Below are positions 43,761-55,135 of a stretch of 64,000 nucleotides of DNA, piece after piece. The DNA comes from the human T2T-CHM13v2.0 reference genome, Homo sapiens, in NCBI RefSeq assembly GCF_009914755.1, contig NC_060931.1; one strand, given 5' to 3'. The notes beneath the pieces are model-generated. The model was not told the DNA's origin, did not search any database, and saw only the letters and a list, made by a program, of their open reading frames with translations. Numbering within the stretch: position 1 is the stretch's first letter; the number at the start of each line of letters is the position of its first letter. The position numbers were made by a program, and so were the translations under genes.

Positions 43761-44213
43761 AAAAACAGCCAAAGTCAAGTATGTAAAAAGGTGGGCAGCT
43801 GAGAACCTGGTACCAGAATGTTCCAAGGAAAGGTACTGAGTGGCACAACCTGGCCTGGTTCTCCACCAGTAATTCCTAAACTTCCCCACCTGGAGGCTCC
43901 TGATGACAGATGGGTGAATGGCAGAGTAGATGAGTGAGGGAGGTGGGGAGCCCCGGTGGGGCCTGGCTGGTCAAAGTCCAAGCAATCTGATCCCAGCAGG
44001 ACATTCCTTTGAAGGATCATGTATCACTTTACAAATATCCACAAGCTTTGCACTCTATCCATATTTGTTTAGGTGTAAAAAAATATTTTAAGCTCTTTAC
44101 TGAGAAGGAAAATGGGATGCACCCACATGGATTCCCCAGCATGCACCGCTGAGCATTCCCTGTGGTACCGCTCCTCAGTTTAGGGTTTAGGTCAGGGGCC
44201 CTGGAATCATTGA

Positions 44214-44585
<372 letters not shown>

Positions 44586-46402
44586 TGAGCAACTCTGAGG
44601 CTGAAACTGCGCTGGTCTACTTTAAGGCAGGGGCTGTGATTTTCCCTGTGACTGAGGTCCTCCAGGGGTCAACTGCATTTCAGGTGTGTGAGGGGAGAGT
44701 GACTGCCCACCTGGCTACCCAGCCCTTCTTTCTGAGCCTGTTTACTCAGCTGCTGGGGCCTCCATGACAGGTTTGCTTGGTGACCTTACACCGCAGTGGC
44801 TCCCAGGGCCAGAGACGTGACCAAGGAGGGACCTTGCACTGAGGAACCTGTGACCGTAGGAAGACCCTCTAAGGCCGACTCTTGCTTGGCCCGGCCCAGT
44901 CCCTCCTACCAACACTGATAAGAACTTAGGTTCCTAGCATCCCAGGAGGCAGGGTCACAAAGACAAGCTGAGAACTGATACCACTGCTATACCCACCCCT
45001 GGACCTCCCTGTCCCATGCAGGAGTCTAAGCCAGTGCAACCAAGGCCAAGCACACACCCATACCACACAGCAAGGGTTTCACACGGGGTTTTCATTTCTT
45101 TACCCCTGGCCGAACCATGCAAGCTACCAGCCATCTACCCAGACTTCTTAGAGTCTGCCAAATACGTACTCAGACCAGAATTAAGTTCAGGCCATGGTAG
45201 AGGTGACCAGCCACTCTGCCGTGACCTGGATTCAGCCATCAATTCCAAAGAAGCCCACAGTGCCTTGCATTTTGCTGGCTGGTTTGTTTTTGTAAAATGA
45301 TGGGGTGGGAAGCAGTGCTGGGCATTGGAAAGGGGCTGAACAAGGGGAAATCTTCAACACCTTTTAAATGGAAGCATGTCTAGTTGGCCTCTTTTCTGTA
45401 AGGAACTATACTGGGCATCACAGAGATGCAAAGACTAGAGTGACTGATTCAGGCCCTGGCCTGAAGGACTTTATTATTGAGAGTTCCCCGTATATATAAA
45501 TGGCTGAACTCTCAGGCCAGTGAATGCCTGTGACCAAGTGCCAATGGGTGAAAGTAGAGGTTCCAGACCAGGAGTGGGAAATGCATCAACAGAGAGCTTG
45601 GCCACATGCTGGCCTGGAGTGCAGAGAAAGAGTGCCAGGCCTCTGGGCACTGAGTTCTGAGCTGCTTCTGGAGGGCCAGGAGATACTCCCACCTGCAAAT
45701 GACTGGCTGATTGCACTTTCCTTAGAGTTTGCCACCTGCATTTCCGCTCTACCCACTAACTGACTGCTCCGGTGCAGGGAGCCAGGCAGGGGCAGTGGTA
45801 CCTGGGTCAGGACACGACAGCAGCCTCTGGCCTCAGGCAGGGAGTGCTGGACAGTCCGTCTCCTGTCCTGCTTTGTCTCTTTCTCCTTGAGCTCAGGACA
45901 CAGTGGGGAGCCCTCATGTTTCTGTAAGGTCATCACACAGGCTGGAATGTTTTTTTTTTCCTCTCTCTCTCTCCCTGTCTTTCTTTTAATGGACAAACAC
46001 CCTTGAGGTCCTGGTTGATTTTCTTAGAGAAATGTAGATTCTTTGATTCTAACGATGGAACATAAGTTTTCTGAATTTTGAGGAAAACAAAGCCCAAGAT
46101 TTCAACAACCAGTGTTCCTGCCAAATCCACTGGGCAAACAGAAAAGCTGCCTGCCTCCGGTGCTCCCAGACCCCCTTCCTTCTCAAACACGCATCAGACA
46201 CTTTGCACCAAGAAAAAACAAAGGGCATCCCTCCTGGGGCCACCTCTGCCCCCTGTCCAGGTACGCGCTGTCTGGCGCGCCCTGCGTGGGGGCCGCAGGT
46301 TCAGACACCCGGGCGCGGCGCGGGGCCCTGATGGATGCGGTGACCGAGGCTGTGGCTGCGGGCGCGGCGTCTCCGCGGCAGTCGCTGCCTCCGCGGCCCC
46401 CT

Positions 46403-46465
46403 CCCCAGCCCCAGCCCCAGCCCCAGCCCCAGCCCCAGCCCCAGCCCCAGCCCCAGCCCCAGCCC
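46403..46465 (+). repeat. Pure hexamer microsatellite (CCCCAG)10
   Basis: Ten uninterrupted ccccag units 46403-46462 plus ccc. Confidence 0.97.
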
Positions 46466-46872
46466 GGCTGAGCGGGCGGCCGGAGCATGCGCCGTGGGCG
46501 CCGGGCCGGGAGGCGGGCGAGGAGGCAGCGCGCATCACTCGGGTCCCCTTCCTGCACCCAGCCGCCACTTGCCGGTTGCTAAGCAGTTATCATTGTTTCT
46601 GTGGCGATTGCAGAGGCTGTTGCTAATTGGAGAAGCCCCACTAAGCAGCGGCAGCTTCCTGCTTCGGATCCTCTCTCTGCTGCTTGCATTTAAAGAGCAA
46701 ACTCGTCTTGTCTACCCACCCTCCCTCCCCCATCCTCCCCAAAATAGCCTTGTGATTTCGGAAGTATGGACTAAAATCACACTCCTCCTTACCTTACCGC
46801 TTGGACTCTGGTGGCTCCCAACTCGCCGTCAGACCCCACCTGCCCCGGTGGTGGGAAGCGCCTGGACAGACC

Positions 46873-46929
46873 ATGACCACAGCCAAGGAGCCAAGCGCTT
46901 CGGGGAAATCCGTGCAGCAGCAGGAACAG
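46873..46929 (+). CDS. DPP6: DPP6 short-isoform (DPPX-S / isoform 2) first coding exon, MTTAKEPSASGKSVQQQEQ; rest of CDS lies outside the window
   Basis: ATG at 46873 in gaccATGa context; 19 codons match the remembered DPPX-S N-terminus, which continues ELVGSNPPQRNWKG in the shared exon 2; ends at CAG|GTAATG donor (GT 46930-46931), phase 0; lies in a CpG island. Confidence 0.93.
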
Positions 46930-46951
46930 GTAATGCTGCTTTTGGGGGTCC

Positions 46952-47022
46952 GTGTGTGTGTGTGTGCGTGCGTGTGCATGCGTGCATATGTGTGTGCATG
47001 AGAGAGACAGAGACAGAGAGGG
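46952..47022 (+). repeat. (GT)n/(GA)n simple repeat just inside intron 1
   Basis: gtgtgtgtgtgtgtgcgtgcgtgtgcatg...agagagacagagacagagagg. Confidence 0.9.
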
Positions 47023-47586
47023 AGGATATGTATTTGGGGAAGAATTTTGTATTTTGTATTGGTTTATGACTGTAGCCCCCTGAGCCACCAAGCTGGGAGG
47101 AGACGTAGAGTGCTGGGTGCTGCTGGAGTCTGCGGCTCTCCTCTCCCTGGCTTCTCTCTCTAAAGGGCGCCCTGGCTTGATGATTAAGGTACAGGCACAG
47201 GGAACCTCTGTCAAGGTAAACTTGATGTGAAACACCTCTGGACAAAGGCCTCTCTCTACAGAGCCGCCAGATCTAACGAGTTCCCTGGGAAGGTTCCCAG
47301 CTAGTACTTTGTAACTTGGGGGAAGAGGGTTGTAGCCAGAAACATCAGCGTATTCTGACCCTCCAACAGGACTTTGCTTTGGTTCTAAGACAAGTCAAAG
47401 AAAATGAGCTTACTGAAAGGACTTTTCTTTGGATACCTCGTGGCCCTTTCCTCCTGTTTCCCTCAAGAGCAAACTGTCCCTGCTAGAGAAGCCGAAGGAT
47501 AGACGGTCGGGATAAAGGAGGACTCGGCCGAGAAGGTGCAGGTTTAAAGGGCTGACCGCGGACGGGGAAGGCTGCGTGGGTCCCAC

Positions 47587-47661
47587 ATGGCACAGGGCGG
47601 CCGCTCGCCTTGTCCTGAGAAGACCACGGTCTGCAGAGGCCCAAGGGGTGAGGGAGGAAAG
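47587..47661 (+). CDS. Candidate alternative first coding exon of DPP6 (MAQGGRSPCPEKTTVCRGPRGEGGK)
   Basis: ATG 47587, 25 open codons, consensus donor AAG|GTGAGT in phase 0 (same phase as the S exon), in a second CpG-rich patch with TTTAAA at 47543. Confidence 0.45.
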
Positions 47662-50600
47662 GTGAGTCAGCCAGCCGCTTCACCACGCGTGTAGACATCG
47701 TAATTCCCTCCTTGGAAGATCTTGAGGGTTCTTGTCTTTTAATCATTGCTCAGTTCACCTCAGGCAGATCATTAAAATAGATCCTGGGAGACACCAATAG
47801 ATTCACAAAGCAGTTTGCTCAAGCGTGGTAAATCAACAGCTTAAGCTGACTTCTCCTATTTATTTTAGGGTTGCTGTTGGATCTCATTTGCTAGGATTAG
47901 GGCAAAGATAGGCGACCTCTTTAGAGTTCAGGAAGCTGAAGAGCCTCCTTGAGGACACTGTGTGACAGAATTCCATGCCAACTCTTCAGAGACTTACACG
48001 AAGATGAGTTTGGATTTGTATTTAGTGGGGTCATTTCCCAAAGCCCATTTATCGATAAAAGGGGGCCATTTTATTAGTACCATCATTATCATCATCTAAA
48101 GAACTTAAATGAAGTTTTATGTCATCTGGGAAGAAGATTCTGTAAATACGGACATTAAAAATTTTTATATTCAGTGTGACAGTGTGCATAAGGATTGATG
48201 CTCAGTATAGCTTGACAGGTTCAAAACAGACAAACCAAACCCTCCTCCTTTCAAAAATTCCACAGAATATTTGCTCAATAAAGAAATATTTCCACACTAA
48301 ATTAGCATTCTGTAATTAACTGGGTTTCTTTTTATTACAGTTCTCCTCCCTCATTAGTTATGAAGTAAGTGTGCGATGGGCTTTCAGGCTTGAACTAGGA
48401 CTCAGGTAGCATCCCTGACCATGGGAGAGAAGTAATAATTACGAAAGAGTGCATTGCTGTTCATAGGTCTACACCCGATACACCCAAGGATTGGGAGTCA
48501 GAAGCCCAATCTGTGTTATGTAAAAGAAATCCCTTGTTTCCTGTACAAATTTGCTCTTATTTTGCCTGATACCTGAGCATGCCAGGAGAGTGGGAATAGT
48601 TAATTAGGGTGTGGGTTTTGGAGGACCTATGAGCTCTTGGTTTGATTTTATACCTTTTTGTCATTGGAAATCCCATGTCCTTGAACCTATTCAATCGGAG
48701 AAGGCTTAAACTGATATAAAACTGAAGAGCAGAGGCAGCCATGGCTACAGCGAGCAGGTGGGACACCCAGAAGAAGCAGCTGTCCTCATCCCATGCAGTT
48801 GTGAAGCCGCTTTTTCTCCCTCCTCAGAGAGGTGTCACCTCAACCCTAAAAAATGAACAGCCCCCACCCCCACCATGAAGTATAATGAAGAGGGGAACAG
48901 CAGAGATAAGATAAGCCAGATGGGACAGGGGGTGAAGACCCCACATTTCAAGTGTATATACCTTGAGGAGACCTTACCTGGGGTCTGAACACACTGCTTA
49001 GAACATAAAGAGGTAAATAACCTCCTAAAATAAAATCCCTAAAGACAGTCTCTTATTCCTGCATTATATATAATTTTGAAAGGTATTAAAACTATGCTGT
49101 GTGCTTAGACTGCAGAACTCTTAATGAGTTCTCCATTCTTTATTTTATTTTATTTTCCTGGTTGCTAATGAAACTTCAGGGATACCTCTATTCCCAGGCT
49201 GGTAGGCATGTGTAGGGAGACCAGGAAAGAGGAATATGTTTCTTTTTTTTTTTTTTTAATTTATTTTTTGAGTGAGAGAGAGGATTGCTGCTTTGTGGAT
49301 TCGTTTTGAAGCAGGGGGTCATTAAACTGTGCTAACTCAATGACTGCCTGCAAATCACCAAGTGTTGATTCTTATGAGAAACTCACTGGCACCTCACATC
49401 CTCATCTTGTGAGGCATTAACCAGAGAACTGGGATTGAATGGAGCCTGATGCCATCTCCGACATCCTTCCAGCTGTTTGGTTACTGCAATAGACTACCCA
49501 TTACTTCTTAGCAAGTGAACAGAGGAAAGTGAGTTTCTTTACCAGCCTTGGTATTTGGAAACCAGGCATATGGGTGGTGGGTGGAAATAATTTTTGTGTG
49601 CTGAGGATGGCCACAAATTAGGGGGGAAATTAGAAAAAAAAAAAGATTTTACTATTAGTTAGAGATTGTTGTTTTTTTTCTACCGTGTTTGCTAAAAAAA
49701 AATGTGTAAAAAGAGTATTTTGGGATTTTTGGTTTGTTTTTTAAAGGATACTAAATAAACAAGCCAGAGTAACAAGGAGAATTGGCTTCTGGGAGACTAT
49801 TTCTCTTTCTCTTTGGAGATGCTAAAGTTTATTTTTAAATGAAGTATTGCAAACCCAGAGATGTTTGGAAGCAATATATACTTTAATCTGCATGAACTGA
49901 GTTGATCCTTTGGCTCTGAAGCCAATCAGGTGATACTGAGACTCCTCGGTGAAAATGGCTGAGCATTGGCTGCACCTGACCTCTGCTCCTGCGCAGAGGG
50001 AAGCCTGGTGAGGGACCCAGAAAAAACACTGAGGCAAGTCTGGCTTAAATTTACTATATTCTCACAAGCCAACGGAGCTCTTCCTTAGAAAACCAAATTA
50101 AGGGATTTTTTTTCCCTTAAAATAAATAAAAGTACAAATTTATTGTAGTACATACTGTCTCCATTTCAAATGATTTAAAATTGAAAAGCAGTGATCAGTA
50201 AAGCTATTAAGAGAAGACGAAAAATTAATTCCCTCTGCTTGCAATGAGCCAGGACACATTTTTGCTCAAATATTAAGCAGGGATAAGTTTTTCCTAGCAT
50301 ATTGTGTGCATGTGTATGTATGTGTGTGCATGCGTATGCACACACAAACAAATGCACACACGTGAACAGTCACACACAGGCACACCTCGTGTGTCACAAA
50401 ATCAGAGTTGGAAAGGACCCCACACATGCACTCGTTGGTCCTAGTTCATGCTCTCGTGCTGAGGAATCTCACAAATGTGTGAGAATATGCCTTTCCTCAA
50501 AAGATCTCCAGAAAAACCTCCTTTCACATGGAAATAGCCTACATTCCACTGGCTAACTTGGATCTTTGGTTATATGTTCAGTCACATTTTTAACTTCCTT

Positions 50601-52105
50601 AGACCTGAAAATCAGCTGTTCTCATCACACCTTGTATATGTGACTGCTGTTTTTTGTTGCTTCTCAGTTTTCTTCAAGTTGTACAAATCCTGATAGATAA
50701 CTCCCCATGTGTCTGTTCTTCTATTAAATTATGAGCCCCAGGACCTAGTATTAACTTAAATTTGGTGTCTGAACATATATAATAATGCCATTACAGAAGA
50801 ACTTTTTGAAATGAATAGAAATTTTTAAACAACAGATTCCATAGAACGGACATTGAAATGCATGTGAATTCTGGGAGAGGTTAGGTGGCCTCCCGGAAGG
50901 GCACATAGGTAATGGCCCAGTAAGAGAATTTCTGATGTTCCTGTCCGCTGCTCTCTGATTTTGATCTTGTTGCTTCTTGCAGTAGATACTGAAAGAGAGG
51001 ATCTAACTTTGACCATAATGAGAGTTAAATTTTTTATGTAGCCATATTAAAAGGCAATGTGAGACATCCGTATTTAAGATAAATGTGGTAACAGGAAAAA
51101 AAAGAAGTGAAAAGAACACAGAAAAACAAGATTCAATATTAGGAAGTGCACATAACTATTGAGGAGTCCCAATAGGGAAGGTGGTCCTTTTGCAGTTCAA
51201 AAAGGGCATGGGGTGGGGTTGGTGGCCCTTTCACAGTTCACACGGACATTGGATGTAGCAGCCATGCTCACGTACAGTAAATTCCATCTGTGCATGGTCT
51301 AAATTATCTAAGACTCTGTAGATAAAAAGAAAACTTGAAGGAACTGCTGAAGAATAGGGACACCAGGTTCTTAGGATTGTGTAGAAGTACATCTGGGACT
51401 CATGGACTTCCAGAGCCGGGAGACAGGATGGAGTTTGGCTGCAAAATAGGCTGATGTGTGAAGGATTTGAGGAGAGAACTGGGAAGTCTTGGATATCCTA
51501 CAGAGAGCAGGTCCAGAACCAGAGCTCCCTACTGGGAACACCAGAGTGGGTCCTTGAGCTGATGGGGAGCAGCATGGAGTCTTTGGGGAAGGGAAAGAGC
51601 TTAGCTGGTGTGGTGCTATCCTCAGAGGAGGGATGTTTTGCTTGTTACCAAAGAGAACAACATGATGAGGAAGCAAGCACGCAACTAGCCTGGAGGCGGC
51701 ATGCGCTGTGCTCTGAGAACTGACAGGTAGTTCACAATCTTTTGGGATCCGTGTCACCAACTTACTAAAAAGTGCAAATCAGCAAGTGCCATTTAGCACA
51801 TCAAATGAAAGCCCAGGCAATTGAGAGCAAGGACAAATGATACCCAGATTGGCTTTTGGTGCAACCCAAACTCAAAACAATGGAAACAGTGTTTCTGTTT
51901 GGTTTTGTTTTTTAAAATGCTTTCTCTGTGCATTAAATGCATTTTGTTATTTTATTCTGACATTCCATTAAACCAAATCCAGCCCCCTCATTCTCAATAC
52001 TGTGGTTATCAGGGCAGATATACTCAAAACCTTCAAATGCTCCATGGAGAACACGTGAGGGCTGGAGGGTGCTTTTCATTAACCTTCACCGAAACATCTT
52101 AGCTC

Positions 52106-52203
52106 CAGCGTGCACGTGGAAAGTGTTAAGATGCTAATCACTTAGAGGAATGAACAGCGTGCACGTGGAAAGTGTTAAGATGCTAATCACTTAGAGGAAT
52201 GAA
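52106..52203. repeat. Perfect 49-bp tandem duplication
   Basis: cagcgtgcacgtggaaagtgttaagatgctaatcacttagaggaatgaa at 52106 and 52155. Confidence 0.97.
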
Positions 52204-52596
52204 CGGTCACCGTCTCTGCCTCATCGGGAATTGTAGCGTTATTATCTTTTATGGAAATGAGCTGTGCCTGTGTTTGGCACTCACTGATCTAGTTTTGCAG
52301 TAGGCATCATGCACCCTCTGTCATTGAGAAAGAGAGGGCAGAGTGAATCTGTGGATCCAGAGTTCTAAAACCTGAGGAAGAGTATATAATTCGGGGAGAA
52401 AGTGATTCTCTATAAGCTCTGCGAGGTCAATGGTTGACATCCTTGCTTGTAAAAGATCGGACAGGTAGGGGGTGTATCATCTTGTTTCAGACACTGTTTG
52501 GAAAAACAAAATAAAGTGGTTTTATTTGAAGATGTAGGCTTGGTTACCCCATAGCCTTAAATCATGGAAGTAGGTAACCATGTCAATTTGCATGGG

Positions 52597-52905
52597 GAGC
52601 CGCGTGCAGTGGCTCATACCTGCAGTCTTTGGGAGGCCGACGAGAGAGGATTGCTTGAGTTTAGGAGTTCGACACCAGCCTGGGCAACATGGCGAAGCCC
52701 CATGTCTAGAAAAAATAGAAAAATTATCCAGGCGTGGTGGTGGCGCATGCCTGTTGTCCCAGTTACTCAGGAGGCTGAGGTAGGAGGATCACCTGAGCCC
52801 AGGGAGGTCAAGTTTGCAGTGAGCCGTGATCACACCGCTGAACTCTAGCCTGGGCAATGGAGTGAAACCCTGTCTCCACAAAAAAAAAAAGAAAAAGAAA
52901 AAGAA
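52597..52905 (+). mobile_element. AluJ
   Basis: J diagnostics aggattgcttgag, gcctgggcaacat, ggaggatcacctgagcccagg. Confidence 0.9.
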
Positions 52906-55062
52906 AATCTGGGTGGGATGTAAATTGCAATCCTGTTTGTTGGTGCAATTCTGCATGTGGCTGATATCCTAAAGTCCTTCCTGACTTTGATAGCATGTGT
53001 TTCTTGAAGTGGGGAGTGGAGAGGTCTCAACACACACAGCCCAGGTAGAATGATCAAATCCAGAAAGTTTATTCTCTGTCCTACTCCCATCCCCATTTGT
53101 TGTTGACCTTTCAGGACTCTTTACTTCTACATCCCGGGTAGGCCCTTAATCTCCACTGGTACCCATGGTTTAGCACCATTTTCTCATACTTGACTCTTCT
53201 ATCAAAAATGCTCCATGTGCTTTTCCACCTGGGCCTTGCTAAATGACTGAGACAAATCCATTCATTAAACAAAAAGTGTAAGGTGGGTGTCATGCAGTAC
53301 TTTCCTGAGAGCATTTGCAATTTCAACAGTAGCTATTGGTGATAAAACCCAATGCAATTATTAATGGTGGAAATTTCAGGCACAAAGTTGTGGCAAGACC
53401 TGATGGAAGAAAAAATATTTAGTCACATCGTTAAGGAATAATGAAGGTGAGGTCACAGCGGGGACAGTCTTGGCACCCCTTAAATCATCGACAGGCTGTG
53501 CACATCCTGGAGGTATCTGTTCATTCTGTGTTCACATTAGAGCTGGTCTTGTATCAGGCAAGTACCAAATTACAGATCCTGTTGCTGCTTTCTGCTTTCA
53601 AATCCTGAAGGATTTGATGGTAATAGTGTTGAAATGTGCAGCGATTCCTTCTTAGGAAAAACTGCCATAATATGCACAGGCATGGAGTCAGTGCTGTGGG
53701 TCCCCTTTGATCCTGGTGGCTGGGATCCTGAATGCAGCCCTCCACCAATGGCTTTACAAAGCACGTTGCTGATATAATGAAGTCTTGCTCCGCAAATTTT
53801 TAGTGACAATGTATGTAATTATTCCTTTACTAGTATCTGATCCATTTTTAAGAAATTTAACTTCCCCTGCCAGAATTCAAGAAAAACTGCTTTCCCCAGT
53901 GTGGAACTGCACGAGACTCAAGCGTCACCTCGAGCTGCTAAGTTATTAATTTGGAACACAGGCTTTTAAACAATATCTGTATGTGCGCCCATGTATGTGT
54001 GGGCAGAGGGGGCGATGGGAGACCAGCCAAATCTGCTGATTAAAATGGGAACACCGTGGTGATGGCGGGGCTCTCTCAAAACACTTTAAAAGGCCGAAGT
54101 CCATCTTGTGGACATGCTCATAAGATTTCTCTTGGAGACAATGGTAATTCATTCTCTTAAAAAGGATTGGTTCAACCCTTTGAGTAGGCTACCCACAGCA
54201 AGATGTGAGATCAGAACCAAAAAATATTCAAAGCATATTCCATGTTTTGTCTTTTGGAAATAATATGTGACAGAGGTGGTCTTGAATAGTAATGATATAT
54301 GTTTCCAAATTAATGAAAATAAGTTATTTCTTTATTCTCTAGCAGTGATTCTTGAAATTCTTCATTCTTTTTAGAATATTTGAAGTTGTTATAGCATTCA
54401 CTCTAGGAATTCCAAAATTATGACACTAAGTATGTATCTCAAATCAGGCCTCTGAGTGGGAAAGGGAAGGAAACATATTTTTAATTTTAATAGTCTGCCT
54501 AATATCCCATCCACTTATTAGACAGATATTGGATCCAAGGAAGATTTTTATTTTGATAAACAGTAATGGGAGAGCCAAGGTAGGGGGAAAGGAGAGCTGG
54601 ATGGGAACAGCTCAAGGTCAGGAGAGAGCAGAACAGTCCACAGCCAGGGTGCCTGGACCCAAGGTGCAGCCAGCGGTCTGCTGGAGAAAGGTGGAATGTG
54701 GCTGCAGGGGCACACAGAGATGGTTTGGGAAAACAGAAACAGGAACTGTGATATGAAAGTGTTTTGAAAGCATACAATGGAAAACAGCAATGGGCTTGTA
54801 AAGTTCTAGAAGGGAGGGAGGAAGTCTGAACGTGGCACGAGAGGCTCTTGCTTAAGAGAACAGGTGTTTGTGGAATAGGTAAAACCAGAGGAGTGACTTG
54901 GACATCAAAATTTTATTTTCTGAATGTGATTATTTAATCTAGGCATGTTTTGATAGGTGAAAAAAGGGACTAGAAACTTCTGGCTTTCAAAGAGCAAAAA
55001 GAGTTTGTTATTTCACAAATAAATTCAAGTTTACCTAGAAGCAACAAGATATTTTAAGATAT

Positions 55063-55064
<2 letters not shown>

Positions 55065-55107
<43 letters not shown>

Positions 55108-55135
55108 GCACGCACACACACACACACACACACAC
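55065..55135. repeat. Compound (TA)n(CA)n microsatellite
   Basis: Directly visible. Confidence 0.95.

Larger units (their letters stand above)
46150..46985 (+). promoter_or_regulatory. DPP6: CpG island / promoter and 5' UTR of the DPP6-S first exon
   Basis: Abrupt rise in GC and CpG density (ggcgcggcgcgggg, gcgggcggccgg) against a CpG-poor background; GC boxes; RFX-like gttgctaagcag (~46575); directly upstream of the coding exon. Confidence 0.88.

Noticed and set aside
46078-46626. 182-aa and overlapping ORFs with PA/PQ/GA/GW runs
   Set aside because: GC-rich CpG island and hexamer repeat suppress stops; no recognisable domain.
48715-48765. TATAAAA plus gcagccATGG and cag|gtggga
   Set aside because: TATA spacing would put the TSS at the ATG; donor is phase 2, incompatible with DPP6 exon 2.
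50860-50915. VRWPPGRAH followed by ag|gtaat, reminiscent of the recalled DPP6-E/DPP6a N-terminus end
   Set aside because: In-frame TGA at 50865 directly after the only nearby ATG, and the donor is not phase 0 for that frame; likely coincidence.
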